Assembly: GCA_011364965.1 (NCBI GenBank)
Contig: RDOB01000005.1
Span: 147,210 to 211,209, forward strand
Length of the DNA stretch: 64,000 nucleotides
Source: Candidatus Heimdallarchaeota archaeon
GTDB lineage: Archaea > Asgardarchaeota > Heimdallarchaeia > Hodarchaeales > Hodarchaeaceae
Direction of reading: 5' to 3'
Shown: piece after piece, positions 31,284 through 42,213 of the stretch
Numbering within the stretch: the first letter of the stretch is position 1
Layout: the number at the start of each line of letters is the position of its first letter
Made by a program: the position numbers and the translations under genes
The notes under the pieces: generated by a model
The model's input: only the letters and a program-made list of their open reading frames with translations
Database searches by the model: none
What the model was told of the DNA's origin: nothing

Positions 31284-32114
31284 ATGAGTACTACTAATAA
31301 TAGACCTGGGATAACTATCTTGAGAGAATATATGCCAGAGATCACGAATGTAAAAACTCTATCTTTAATTGGGATTTCAACTGGAATAGCGTTGCTAATC
31401 GCTCATTTTTTAAATACGATAGATTGGTGGGTCCCATTACTCGTAGCCATTATTGCCAATCTAGCAAGCTTTTGGACTATGGCTCGAATTTCTCTGAATG
31501 CGGAGAAAATTCGAATAACTTATCGTAAAAAATATACTACACGGGCATATGCAAAATTTTTCTATCATTATGTAATTCCAGTTATTCCCCCGAATATGCT
31601 GGTTATCTTTCAGATTATTATGGTCGAAAATAACACATTTTTCAAGATGATTTACCCCTCATATGCCTCTAACATTCTTTATCAAGCAATAATACCATGG
31701 CAGCTCGCTGTACCATTAGGCATTTTTTTAATTGGATTATATGCCCTTATGAGTCGAGATCCTGTCAATGGGGGTTTTGCTATAGACACTGAGCTCTTTC
31801 TTTATATAATCTATCCAGAAAAGGCTAGAAAATTACAGAGAGGAGTATATGAGTATATCCGCCATCCACACTATGCTGAGGGAGTGTATATGTGTTTTGG
31901 ATTCGCACTGCTTTCTCAGAACATCATAGCACTTATTTTCGCTTCCCTATTTCTAATAAGCTATTATGGGATAGCTAGAGTAGAGGATCAAGAACTAATA
32001 AGGAGATATGGTGCATCGTTTGAGAAGTATGTTAAAACTCATCCATGTTTTATACCCAAGAGAAAGGATTTGCAGTCATTTATAAAGCTCATTTTTTTAG
32101 GGGAAATAGAATGA
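31284..32114 (+). CDS. ICMT/PEMT-family membrane methyltransferase
   Basis: GVYEYIRHPHY; EDQELIRRYG...P.FIP. Confidence 0.8.
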   Translation: MSTTNNRPGITILREYMPEITNVKTLSLIGISTGIALLIAHFLNTIDWWVPLLVAIIANLASFWTMARISLNAEKIRITYRKKYTTRAYAKFFYHYVIPVIPPNMLVIFQIIMVENNTFFKMIYPSYASNILYQAIIPWQLAVPLGIFLIGLYALMSRDPVNGGFAIDTELFLYIIYPEKARKLQRGVYEYIRHPHYAEGVYMCFGFALLSQNIIALIFASLFLISYYGIARVEDQELIRRYGASFEKYVKTHPCFIPKRKDLQSFIKLIFLGEIE

Positions 32115-32279
32115 GATTATGACACAGAGGGTCACTGTGATTAAGAATAGTTGACTCATTCAACAATTCCTTGTTTTAGCAACAGATAAGTTATTCAGAC
32201 TGCTACAGAATACAGACTAATTCATTTAGTTTCTCATGGGGAACTTGTGATTTTATTCTTCTAAGAAAAGAAGATGCAT

Positions 32280-33512
32280 TTATATTGAATTTAGGGGAAA
32301 ATGACAAGCTACATAATGATTTGGAAATAATTCTCTCAATTCTGGTTCTTCAGTTTCGCAATAAGGAAATTTAGCATAAGTACAACGTGGATGGTAACGA
32401 CAGCCAGGGGGAGGATGCACTGCATCAGGAACCTCCCCCTTAGGCAGGTTATAGGCTTTATCTCCGGGAATAGGAGTAGGTATAGCTTCGATGAGAGCTT
32501 TAGTATAGGGATGCAGGGGATTTTTGAATATAGAATCTATACTGCCCATTTCAGCGACTTTACCCACATACATTACACTAATCCTATCACCAAAATGCCT
32601 AGCTGTTGCCAGATCATGAGTAATGAAAAGGATTGAAATGTTATGAGTCTCTTGGAGAGATTTTAACGAATCAAGGATACCTGCACGCAAACTGACATCT
32701 AACATACTTGTTGGTTCATCAGCAATGAGTAATTCAGGATTCAATATTATCGCTCGCGCAATATTAGCCCGTTGTCGTTCTCCTCCACTAACTTCATGTG
32801 GATATTTAAAGTAATATTGAAGAGCAGGAGAAAGACCAACTTCTGTGAATAAATCTAGTACACGAGGGTCAGCAATTTTCTTCTTTTGGATCAAGGAGTA
32901 ATTAACATATATCCCTGATGCTAATGTAAATAAAAGTGCAGCAGTTATTGCAATGAGAAAGCCACTAGATGCATCGAGCATAAAAGATATTATAAATAAA
33001 AAGATTGAGAATAAGGCACTAATAAATAGAATAATTTCAGATTTAAATGCATTCTTTAAACGTTTGAGTGTAATTTTATCTTGTACACGATTATGAATTA
33101 TTAAGGAATGAAGAACAGAATCACCCAATCTCATTCGGGGGCTTAGGGCCGAGTAGGGATTCTGAAATACTATTTGAGATTTAATATCCTTAATTTTAGG
33201 TTTAAGGTCCTGATATGAAATCAAATTATCTTTCCATTTGAATGAACCAGCTGTTGGCTCTTCTAATCCCACGAGTATGTTCGCAGTAGTTGTTTTTCCA
33301 CATCCACTTTCCCCAACGAGACAGAAAATTTCCCCTCTATTTATTGTAAAACTAATATCATCAATTGCATGTACATAATCCTTTTGAGTTGGCAAGATGC
33401 GTTGAATAATCCCACCTTCAACTGGAAAATATTTCTTCAAATTGATGATTTCAAGTAAAGGGGTTCCTGATTGTATGTTTAATTCTGGTTCCAATTTTAT
33501 CACAGTTTTCAA
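32280..33512 (-). CDS. dppF: Oligopeptide ABC ATPase (OppF/DppF) with an inserted hydrophobic hairpin
   Basis: GESGCGKT, VSGGERQR, DEPTSMLD, HPYT, GCRYHPRC/VACH tail. Confidence 0.9.
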   Translation of the reverse strand: MKTVIKLEPELNIQSGTPLLEIINLKKYFPVEGGIIQRILPTQKDYVHAIDDISFTINRGEIFCLVGESGCGKTTTANILVGLEEPTAGSFKWKDNLISYQDLKPKIKDIKSQIVFQNPYSALSPRMRLGDSVLHSLIIHNRVQDKITLKRLKNAFKSEIILFISALFSIFLFIISFMLDASSGFLIAITAALLFTLASGIYVNYSLIQKKKIADPRVLDLFTEVGLSPALQYYFKYPHEVSGGERQRANIARAIILNPELLIADEPTSMLDVSLRAGILDSLKSLQETHNISILFITHDLATARHFGDRISVMYVGKVAEMGSIDSIFKNPLHPYTKALIEAIPTPIPGDKAYNLPKGEVPDAVHPPPGCRYHPRCTYAKFPYCETEEPELRELFPNHYVACHFPLNSI

Positions 33513-33538
33513 TTAATTTTCAAGTAATCAGCATATGA

Positions 33539-34591
33539 TCATTTTTGGTCGAATAGATGTCCATATCGATCATCGTAAATGAAACATTTGACCTTATGCT
33601 GAACTCCATTCTCAAAATTAAGGTTGATCGATTGAGGTTTTTTAGAATGACAAATATCTTGGCTATATGAACATCTATCAGCAAAACAGCAAATCAGCGG
33701 GGGATTTCTTAAGTCTGGGGGGTGTCCAGGAATAAAGCTCAATAACTTCTTTTCTTCATCTTTTACATTCGGAATTGCTTCAATTAAAGCCCGAGTGTAA
33801 GGATGAGCAGCATTTTGAAAAATTGTTTGAGTATCCCCAATCTCTAATATCTGTCCAGCATACATAATAGCCACACGGTTTGTTATTTCGGCGACAATTC
33901 CCAAATCGTGTGTTATATACAAAACAGTTAAGTCATATTCTTTAATAATTTCCTTGAGAATTTCCAATAAGCGTGCTTGTACTAATACATCTAGCGCGGT
34001 TGTTGGTTCATCTGCAATAATTAATTTTGGATTCAAAATAAGTGTTAAAGCAATAACTATACGTTGTTGCATGCCCCCTGAAAATTGAAATGGATAATCC
34101 TCTAACCGTGACTCTGGGATCTCCAAACGGTTAAGGAGCTCTAAAATTTTCTGCCAAGATTCATCATTCCACCGATAATGGGTTTTCAATGTATCTATGA
34201 AATGATTTAATACTTTCTGCAAAGGATTCAAAGCATTTTGAGAAGCCTGGAAAATCATTGACAATTCAGGCCCTCTGAGAAGTTGCATTTCTCCTTCAGG
34301 TATAGTTACTAAGTTAATATCGTTGAAAGAAATTTCTCCGCTTCGGATAACTCCTCCTTTTAGTAACTTTAAGATAGTAAATCCAAGAGAGCTTTTTCCA
34401 CATCCTGATTCCCCAACAAGACCGAGAACTTCCCCTCTATAGAGAGTAAGAGAAACATCATCAATAGCTCTTACATTCCCTTCTTTGACTGGATATTCTA
34501 CAATTAAGTTTTTAATTTCCAATAATGCCTTATTATAATAACGGTCATTACTTTGCGTTTTTCTGGCTGATGAGAGGATTGAACTTGTCAT
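33539..34591 (-). CDS. dppD: Oligopeptide ABC ATPase (OppD/DppD)
   Basis: GESGCGKS, FSGGMQQR, DEPTTALDV, HPYT. Confidence 0.93.
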   Translation of the reverse strand: MTSSILSSARKTQSNDRYYNKALLEIKNLIVEYPVKEGNVRAIDDVSLTLYRGEVLGLVGESGCGKSSLGFTILKLLKGGVIRSGEISFNDINLVTIPEGEMQLLRGPELSMIFQASQNALNPLQKVLNHFIDTLKTHYRWNDESWQKILELLNRLEIPESRLEDYPFQFSGGMQQRIVIALTLILNPKLIIADEPTTALDVLVQARLLEILKEIIKEYDLTVLYITHDLGIVAEITNRVAIMYAGQILEIGDTQTIFQNAAHPYTRALIEAIPNVKDEEKKLLSFIPGHPPDLRNPPLICCFADRCSYSQDICHSKKPQSINLNFENGVQHKVKCFIYDDRYGHLFDQK

Positions 34592-35483
34592 TTAGCGCAT
34601 CTCCTATTAATGATAATGAAAATGATAGTAAAAAGATCATAAGGCCTGGGAATAAAATCAACCAAGGATATGCACGGACTTTCACAAGAGCTCGTGAGTC
34701 ATATACATCATAACCCCAATCCGCTGTTGGAGGGGAAATACCTAATCCCAAAAATGCTAGTCCTGCATTGGTTAGAATCGCATCTGTCATATTAAACGGA
34801 ATAATTGCAATAGTGGAAGCCAAGACATTTGGTGCTATATAGCGGATCAAGATTGTGATTCTTTTAGCTCCCATTGATCTTGCTGCTTTGACGTAGCCTT
34901 CTTCTTTAATTTGCAATACTTGTGAACGTACAACCCGAAAATAAGTAGGGATGTAAACTACTGAAGTGGCAACAGCTACTGCAGATACGACTTTTAAAAC
35001 TCCAAATACTGATAGATATATAGCTAAAGTTATTGCAAGCAATAATGAAGGAAATGAATAAATTGAATCCGCAATGAGAGTAAAAAGGCGGTCAATTTTA
35101 CCACCAAAATACCCAGAAATGATTCCAAGGGGAACTCCTAGACTCAAAGACAGTATGGTCCCCGAAAAAGCAATAATTAATGCAACTTGTGATCCATAAA
35201 TCACCCGTGATAGAACATCAAATCCAAGTAAAGTTGTACCAAAGGGATGATCCTGTGATGGTGCTTCATATCGATCCCCCGAACGTTCTGCATAACCGTA
35301 TGGAGCAAGGAAATCTGCAAATAATGCCATAATTACTATTATAGAAAGAATGAACATCCCTACTGTAAAGGATTTATTCTGCCTCAAGAAAGAAAAAATG
35401 CTTAGAATGATGTTTTTTTGACCATTTGTAGTTCTAGTTTCCCGTATGCTTAAATCCATAATATTTTTCTCCTTGCTTTTCAA
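34548..35483 (-). CDS. dppC: Oligopeptide ABC permease (OppC/DppC)
   Basis: HPFGT..GFDVLSRVIYG, EAA-like YVKAARSMGA, GDALNDKFNP. Confidence 0.93.
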   Translation of the reverse strand: MKSKEKNIMDLSIRETRTTNGQKNIILSIFSFLRQNKSFTVGMFILSIIVIMALFADFLAPYGYAERSGDRYEAPSQDHPFGTTLLGFDVLSRVIYGSQVALIIAFSGTILSLSLGVPLGIISGYFGGKIDRLFTLIADSIYSFPSLLLAITLAIYLSVFGVLKVVSAVAVATSVVYIPTYFRVVRSQVLQIKEEGYVKAARSMGAKRITILIRYIAPNVLASTIAIIPFNMTDAILTNAGLAFLGLGISPPTADWGYDVYDSRALVKVRAYPWLILFPGLMIFLLSFSLSLIGDALNDKFNPLISQKNAK

Positions 35484-36541
35484 TACGTAATTCTAGGGTC
35501 AAGTAGTGCATATAAAACATCCCCAATCACGCTGACTATACTAACAATAATAACAAAGAGTACCATAACACCTTGGACAGCTGGAAAGTCTTTCTCTTGC
35601 AAGGATTGAAACAAAAACCTCCCTAATCCAGGAATATTAAATGTTGTCTCTGTTAAAATAGCTCCCGCGAGTAACAATGCAAATTGAAGACTTATTAATC
35701 CAATAGTTGGCACAACAGAATTTTTAAGGGCATATCTGTATTTTACAACATTTTCAGGAATACCTCGTGCTCGTGCGAAATGGACATACTCCTGTTCAAG
35801 ATGATAAATCATATTTGTTCTAACTTGCCGAGCTATTACCCCTGCGATCAGCATTCCAAGAGCAAGACTTGGCATCAGTAAGTGGGTTAATAAATCTAAG
35901 GTTAAATCTAACCGAAAGCTTAAAATTGTATCAATTAACCATATCTCAGTGTAATGGTTAAATTCTCCAGTATTTCCTGCATCCATTAAAGAAACAGGAG
36001 GAAATATTTCTTTTAAAATTGCATATATTGTAGGATTCCCTCTGAATATATCTGGGATGAAATAGGAGAAAAACATCTGCATAAATATGCCGACTAAAAA
36101 GATTGGAATAGAATAAATGCCAATAGTAAAAAGTCTAATGATATGATCCAAGTATCTTTCCCTGTGTGCGCCAGCTACACCCCCCATAACTATCCCGAGA
36201 GGAACTCCAATCAATACTCCAAATACTGACAACATTAATGTAGGCCCAAAAGCAAGCCCTAGTTCTGTGGCAATATCAATGTTTGTACGATAAGAAACTC
36301 CTAAATCAAATGTAATGGTTTTTATCAAAAAATCAAAATATTGTTCAATAAGTGGCCGTTCTAAACCCAAACTTTCAGAAATTAACTCAACTTGTTCATT
36401 AGTCAATTTAGGATTCATAACGAGAGCAGGATTAGCTCCTGGAAGAACCCGTAATAGAAAGAAAACGATAGTGACCAATAACCATATCATTGGAATTAAA
36501 AGAGCTATTCGTGTAATCACAAATCTAGTTAAAGACCCCAT
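35480..36541 (-). CDS. dppB: Oligopeptide ABC permease (OppB/DppB)
   Basis: EYVHFARARG, TETTFNIPGLG, DVLYALLDPRI. Confidence 0.93.
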   Translation of the reverse strand: MGSLTRFVITRIALLIPMIWLLVTIVFFLLRVLPGANPALVMNPKLTNEQVELISESLGLERPLIEQYFDFLIKTITFDLGVSYRTNIDIATELGLAFGPTLMLSVFGVLIGVPLGIVMGGVAGAHRERYLDHIIRLFTIGIYSIPIFLVGIFMQMFFSYFIPDIFRGNPTIYAILKEIFPPVSLMDAGNTGEFNHYTEIWLIDTILSFRLDLTLDLLTHLLMPSLALGMLIAGVIARQVRTNMIYHLEQEYVHFARARGIPENVVKYRYALKNSVVPTIGLISLQFALLLAGAILTETTFNIPGLGRFLFQSLQEKDFPAVQGVMVLFVIIVSIVSVIGDVLYALLDPRITY

Positions 36542-36854
36542 GGTTGTTTCCTTCTCATGAATGGAAGTTCTACATGCTTCAAGATATTACGATGAGTCTA
36601 ATATCAATAAGAATGCTTTCTTCGAAGAAAATCCATCATTAGCAGCTTCCACTACCTCGCTTATAAAAAACGCGGATCTCTAAATATACTTCACAATTTC
36701 TCAATAATGGTATTATTCCAATAGAACCTTGTATTAGAAGACCAAAAATTGACTAAAAAAGTAATAGTCATTTTAAGATTGCAACTAGGGCAACTCTGAT
36801 GTTAAAATAAGAAAAAAAGAAAAAAAAAGAAAGCTAATCACAGGGGTAACTAAC

Positions 36855-38483
36855 TTACTTTTTCCTTTTCAAGACAATTCCAATGGAGAAGATAGCTATA
36901 AAGGCTGTTAAGAATTCAAACCCAGGTATACCAGCAGCACTTACATAAATTGAATTATAATGCAGGTTTTCCGAGGGTTCCAGTACAACCCCTTTTACAC
37001 CTGGCTGCCATGCTGAGAATTGCGATAACATTGTGAACAATGGAATCAAAGGTACATCTTCAGCCATTAATTCTTGAGCACCGATCGTTGCATCTAATCG
37101 ATCATCAGCATCTGGATCAGTTAACATTGTATCTATGTATCCATCCATTTCAGTAGTGGAATAATTTGTTCCAAAACTCACTGCACCTGAACCAACGAAT
37201 GGATCCACATAATTACTTGGATCGGGGTAGTCAAACCACCAGCCTAATAGGTAGAAACCCATTGTTTGACGCTGATCGAGGTATTGAGACCATTCTGTGT
37301 TGCTCACTGTTACATCAAAGAAGCCTGTCGCTTCAAATTGAGTTTTAAGGAGTAGTGCAACATCATCTTCTGTATCTCCATAATGAGTCGGAGTATACCA
37401 TAACTCAAGATCAAATTTATTCGTATCTTTGACATAACCAGAGAGTGTCATGTTGCCTGCGACTGCATCTTGATCAGGACCTTCCATAAAAGCATCAACA
37501 TGGCTTGAAAAAATGCCTGGGATCATACTGTATAATTCTACATTATAATTGTCGAATATTGTATCCACAATTTCTGTCCTGTTTACTGCTGCGGCGAGAG
37601 CTCGGCGAACATTGATATCATCATACATATCAACGTTAATAAGAATGTATCTTATACCAGCAGAGGATTTAGTGCCGTATTCGAGATCTGGATTATCCAT
37701 AATAGAATCCATTTCATCAGGACCAAATACACGATGCGCAACATCAATATCTCCGCTTTCAAGAGCTGCAAGCATAGTAGATGCGTCTGTATAGAATTTA
37801 ACGATTAACTTGTCATTCTTTGGAGGATCACCAAAGTAGTATTCATTTGGAACGAGAATTATTTCTGTTCCTTTTGTCCACGTATCTACTTTATACGGTC
37901 CTAATCCGGCAGGAATCATATCAGGAGTACCTGATAATGCGTCCACTGGTAAGGAAATGGTACTAACTGGCCAAGCAACTGTATAAGTCAATCGTTGCAG
38001 AAAAGTAGCGTCAGGAAATTGTAAGTAAACTTTAAATGTATCAATATCAACAGCTTCAGTCCGATTAATGACATCGGTAAGAAGAAATGCGGGTTCACCA
38101 GTGGGAAGGCCGAGGACACGATCAATATTCCATTTCATAGCAGTAGCGTTAAAAGCTGTGCCATCACTGAATTTAATGTCAGTTTTTAGCTCAAAAGTAT
38201 ATTCCATAGCGTTGGGACTGACACTATACGATTCAACTATTGGGCCTTTTTCAGCGTCAGTTGAATCAATGGGCATTTGCATAAGCCCGTGCGTGAGTTG
38301 AACGAGGATATTTGAAGAAAAATAGTCGTAAGCATCGGCGGGGTCTAAATCATCGATAGAATCAGTTGTTCCAATGACAACCTGTCCCCCTGCTGCTTGA
38401 ACTGAAAGAGATTGAGAAGTAGCAAGTAATCCAACAAAGAATACTAAAAGCACGAGACTTGATAAAATTTTTCTTGACTTCAT
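36855..38483 (-). CDS. dppA: Peptide ABC substrate-binding protein (family 5) with PGF-CTERM-like anchor
   Basis: Signal peptide, LDPA, KFSDGT.FNA, GLGPYKV; C-terminal IPGF-TM-KRKK. Confidence 0.92.
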   Translation of the reverse strand: MKSRKILSSLVLLVFFVGLLATSQSLSVQAAGGQVVIGTTDSIDDLDPADAYDYFSSNILVQLTHGLMQMPIDSTDAEKGPIVESYSVSPNAMEYTFELKTDIKFSDGTAFNATAMKWNIDRVLGLPTGEPAFLLTDVINRTEAVDIDTFKVYLQFPDATFLQRLTYTVAWPVSTISLPVDALSGTPDMIPAGLGPYKVDTWTKGTEIILVPNEYYFGDPPKNDKLIVKFYTDASTMLAALESGDIDVAHRVFGPDEMDSIMDNPDLEYGTKSSAGIRYILINVDMYDDINVRRALAAAVNRTEIVDTIFDNYNVELYSMIPGIFSSHVDAFMEGPDQDAVAGNMTLSGYVKDTNKFDLELWYTPTHYGDTEDDVALLLKTQFEATGFFDVTVSNTEWSQYLDQRQTMGFYLLGWWFDYPDPSNYVDPFVGSGAVSFGTNYSTTEMDGYIDTMLTDPDADDRLDATIGAQELMAEDVPLIPLFTMLSQFSAWQPGVKGVVLEPSENLHYNSIYVSAAGIPGFEFLTAFIAIFSIGIVLKRKK

Positions 38484-39258
38484 TTAGTCTTTCACCTGTT
38501 TGATATAACCCAGGGGTATCTGAGTTACACAAAGTTTAGGAAGGAATTCCCGTTAATAAACTTTTGCACCAAAATTGTCATTCCTCTCTCTTCGTTGTTT
38601 TTTAACAGCACTCCAAGAGTATTTCTCCTCCTTTCATTCTTTCTTACTTAAATTTATAAAGAAATAATCAAACAATTAGCTTTGTAATAATTCATCGGGA
38701 GAATTATGCATTCATGGTTAGATTTAGTATCTATTGAAGGCATAGAGGAATTATTTCTATCCCTTGTCATTTGTTAGAGAGTTTTTCTTCTGATTCAATA
38801 CATTACGAAGACCATTTTTAATATAAAATAGGAAGTGAAAGTTCAACTCGAAATAGATTATTTTCCTTAGTTAAACCTAGGAAAAAACAAGCTTAGGAAT
38901 ATTACCGTGAGAATGATGATCTCAAAGACAATAGAAAAAAAGCCAACTTTTTTATCATTATTTATTTGACACGTTTACCTCCCCCTTTAGAGCTTTAATA
39001 AGTACATTACGTGTTAAGAATAACATTTTATTCATTCTACTAATTTATAGGATAATTATTTTGTTGGTATTATTAAAAAGCACGTTTAATGCATAATTAG
39101 GGATTAACACCAGTTTTTGCAGTCTTGAGTGGACAAAAATAAGGAATTTCATCATGAATACCCTGAAAACAATGAAATTTTTTAATATAAAATTAATGCA
39201 AAGTTCTGGTATCTCATTATTTAAAAAGAGGCTATTAACGAATCATATTTGAATTTCA

Positions 39259-40593
39259 ATGAAAAAATTTCAGTCCCGCACTCTAAAATTACTAAAACCG
39301 ATAGCTCAAACTGTTAGCATTTTATTTTTAATTACACTGAATGCAATAACTTACATTAATTTACAAACATCGTTATCGACATTAACCTCAAATTCGTTTT
39401 CCATCCCAATTGCATCAAATTATAGAGAAACAAGCGCAGTAGTTATACAGGTAAATATAACCTATCGTGTCGAATCTGTAGGAGGATATTTGAATTTCAT
39501 ACGATTCTGGACACATCGTCTTGAGAGTCACAACAATTCGACTCAAATTGGAGTTGCTCCCATTCAAGAAAGTGAACTCCTATCCCTCGACTATAATTTG
39601 ATGAATGCTACACATAAAATTGATTATGGAGATGTTAATAATAATACTGTTGAGTATTTTGGATTTAATTTAACCAAGAACCAGAAATTTAAATATACTG
39701 CTATCTATCGAGTCCGACTTGCCGAATTAAAATGGCAAATCGAAAATGATATCTCTGAGAATACTGAAGGCAATTTTCTCGATGCTTATGAACAACATGG
39801 GGTAAATATTTCCTCTCCTTGGTACCAACATCTCACACAGTCAGAAAATAATCTTGAAGCAAACAATTCAGAACTTGTCTCACTAACTTACGAAATCTGT
39901 GAAGGGAAATCAACCCTTCAGGAAAAAATACAAGCTATTCTCTTGTGGTTACGAGATAACATAGCTGCAGAACCCACTGATCGGTCTCAGGGGGCATATC
40001 AAACTTATCTCCGGGGAATCGGTGATTGTAGTGATTATGCAACATTATTTGTTACTATGTTACGTATCCTCAAAGTACCAGCCCGAAAAATAACTGGATT
40101 GCAGTTTTTACATATCCCTGATTCCTTCTATCCCCTCCGAGTCGGTGAATCTTTTAAATATTCAGGAGCTAAAATTGACTCCTATCAGTATTATGCGTTA
40201 TTTCCAGGACATGCATGGGCCGAGTATTATCATCCAGACTGCGGGTTTATTTCCTTAGATCCTACTTTTGCACGAACGAATCCCCAGAAATATACCAATT
40301 ATATTGGGTATTATTATCTTACCTCGAATATTGGAGAAAACTATTACGAAGGGATTGAACCCCAGTTACCTTATCCATATACTGGCTGGGGAATGCTTCC
40401 TTATATCAAAGCAGCATCTACATCTTCCCTTCGGTGGAATTATACTGTCGAAGCTGTAGTGGAAGAAACGATGGGTTATGTCTGGATCCCAAAATTTCTA
40501 TATTTGATCCGTGGTCTCTTTGTTACAGTGCCTATTTCTGGCTTGGTGTTTCTTATTTATAGATATTGGAAAAAAAGCAAGAAAAATGAGTGA
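39259..40593 (+). CDS. Membrane-anchored transglutaminase-like protein
   Basis: Catalytic triad GDCSDYA / HAWAE / LDPT; N-terminal hydrophobic segment and C-terminal TM. Confidence 0.88.
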   Translation: MKKFQSRTLKLLKPIAQTVSILFLITLNAITYINLQTSLSTLTSNSFSIPIASNYRETSAVVIQVNITYRVESVGGYLNFIRFWTHRLESHNNSTQIGVAPIQESELLSLDYNLMNATHKIDYGDVNNNTVEYFGFNLTKNQKFKYTAIYRVRLAELKWQIENDISENTEGNFLDAYEQHGVNISSPWYQHLTQSENNLEANNSELVSLTYEICEGKSTLQEKIQAILLWLRDNIAAEPTDRSQGAYQTYLRGIGDCSDYATLFVTMLRILKVPARKITGLQFLHIPDSFYPLRVGESFKYSGAKIDSYQYYALFPGHAWAEYYHPDCGFISLDPTFARTNPQKYTNYIGYYYLTSNIGENYYEGIEPQLPYPYTGWGMLPYIKAASTSSLRWNYTVEAVVEETMGYVWIPKFLYLIRGLFVTVPISGLVFLIYRYWKKSKKNE

Positions 40594-40625
40594 GCTTTGT
40601 TTTCCAATAGGTTAGATTCAGACAT

Positions 40626-41057
40626 TTAGAGGGGATACCAGCTAAGATAGAGAAAAGTTCCACTAATTACTAGAGTCAGCCAAAGAATGGCGGTTATTCG
40701 CATTAACAAAAATGTATTTTTAAACTTGAACTGGTCTGGAATCCTGTGTGGAAAACTCATCACCAATACGGTATAGAGAACCAGAAGAAAAGCGATTGCT
40801 CCGCCCATGCTATGCAAGAGAGGCAGAATCTCAAGTTGATTCAAAAGATTTGGCAGTACACTGAGTAACCGAAGATCCATATACAGAATCGCTAGGAAAT
40901 TAAGAATAAGGAGCCCCCAGATAACTTTGTGGTGAAATTTGAATTTTTTTTGAAATGCCAGATACCAAGCTACAATGAGCCCCACAAACACAATCCAATT
41001 GAGAATTAAACTTAAATCTGAAAGAACTAAAGCATTTGGATTAAATAAACCAACCAT
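40626..41057 (-). CDS. DUF420-like 4-TM protein
   Basis: KFKFHH after TM1; H in TM3 (LHSMGG); LW....SG..LY ending. Confidence 0.6.
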   Translation of the reverse strand: MVGLFNPNALVLSDLSLILNWIVFVGLIVAWYLAFQKKFKFHHKVIWGLLILNFLAILYMDLRLLSVLPNLLNQLEILPLLHSMGGAIAFLLVLYTVLVMSFPHRIPDQFKFKNTFLLMRITAILWLTLVISGTFLYLSWYPL

Positions 41058-41261
41058 ATATACAACTCCTTTATAGATAAATCTAAATAAGTACTAAGCT
41101 GTAGTTTAAATAAGTAATGGAACAGAATGGACTTTCTCAATCATGTAGTGACTAACAAAATCACATTTCTTTAAAGGTCGAGGTCAAAAAAATCATCAAG
41201 ATCTTTATCTAATTCAGAAGATTTTCTTATATTACGAAATCAAATAGTAAGATGAAAGATT

Positions 41262-42044
41262 ATGTTTGATCAAAGACTTAAATTCGCTTCTTCTCGTAAA
41301 AAGACAGTGTTTCAAATCCTTTTCATCAATTTCATCATTCTCATTATTGCGTTTTTTGTAGCATATTTTATAATCGAACCCCTTACAACCCCCAAGAAAA
41401 TGGATAACCCTTTAGTTGCATTTGGCGATTTAATAATCATTCTATTCGTCATTTCAGTTTTAATCGGCATTATAACCATAAATACGTACTTACTTGCTAG
41501 ATATTATCAAACAAAGTATTCCTCAAGTCCTCCTCAAGAGATCTTTCAATCCACAGAGATTCAATTCCTAGAATCAATACGACATAAGGTAATAATAGGA
41601 TTAGATAATATTAAAAATGAGTACCTAGAACCATATGTTATATCGGAACCACTTCCTCTAGAATCTGGATCAGCTGGGGTATATGATTATTTTCCCTCTG
41701 AAATTCAAACTGAAATTCAAACCCTGATGAAGAGTAAAACAATATTTACCCTCATTGAAGTTGCTTATCAAGATCCCAGAGCCACAAATCCTGTAAATAT
41801 TGCTAAAAGCTTAAATATTCCTCTATCCTCTCTCTCGAGAGAAATCAAAAAATTAATTGATTTGAATTATCTAGAAAAGTCTATAACGGAAGCTGTGATC
41901 AAAGATGCTCGATTGAGGAATTATAAAATAACCCCTAAAGGCTATTATTTTCTTTCTCAGCTGAATAGTGCATTGAAAACGACAATTGAGCGTTTAAAAA
42001 TCCGTCAGACGAAAAAACTCCCATTGATAGAAGAGACCCTCTAA
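41262..42044 (+). CDS. Membrane-anchored winged-helix (MarR-like) regulator
   Basis: Two N-terminal TMs; PVNIAKSLNIPLSSLSREIKKL...DARLRNYKITPKG. Confidence 0.75.
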   Translation: MFDQRLKFASSRKKTVFQILFINFIILIIAFFVAYFIIEPLTTPKKMDNPLVAFGDLIIILFVISVLIGIITINTYLLARYYQTKYSSSPPQEIFQSTEIQFLESIRHKVIIGLDNIKNEYLEPYVISEPLPLESGSAGVYDYFPSEIQTEIQTLMKSKTIFTLIEVAYQDPRATNPVNIAKSLNIPLSSLSREIKKLIDLNYLEKSITEAVIKDARLRNYKITPKGYYFLSQLNSALKTTIERLKIRQTKKLPLIEETL

Positions 42045-42213
42045 GTAAAAAATCCTTCCATTTTTGGTAGGATTGTGGTTTTTTTTATATTCGACAGAAA
42101 GAGAGGCTTTTACTTGAAAGTCTCGGATTTACTGAAGATTCAAAGTAATTCGGATTCAAATATTTCAAAATTAAAGGTTAATTGCCTTCTAAGAGTCAAT
42201 GAGGAATTAAAAA

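Noticed and set aside
38484-39258. Long intergenic region as an RNA gene or origin
   Set aside because: It is AT-rich with no tRNA fold, GC-rich stems or ORB-like repeats that I can see; consistent with divergent promoters.
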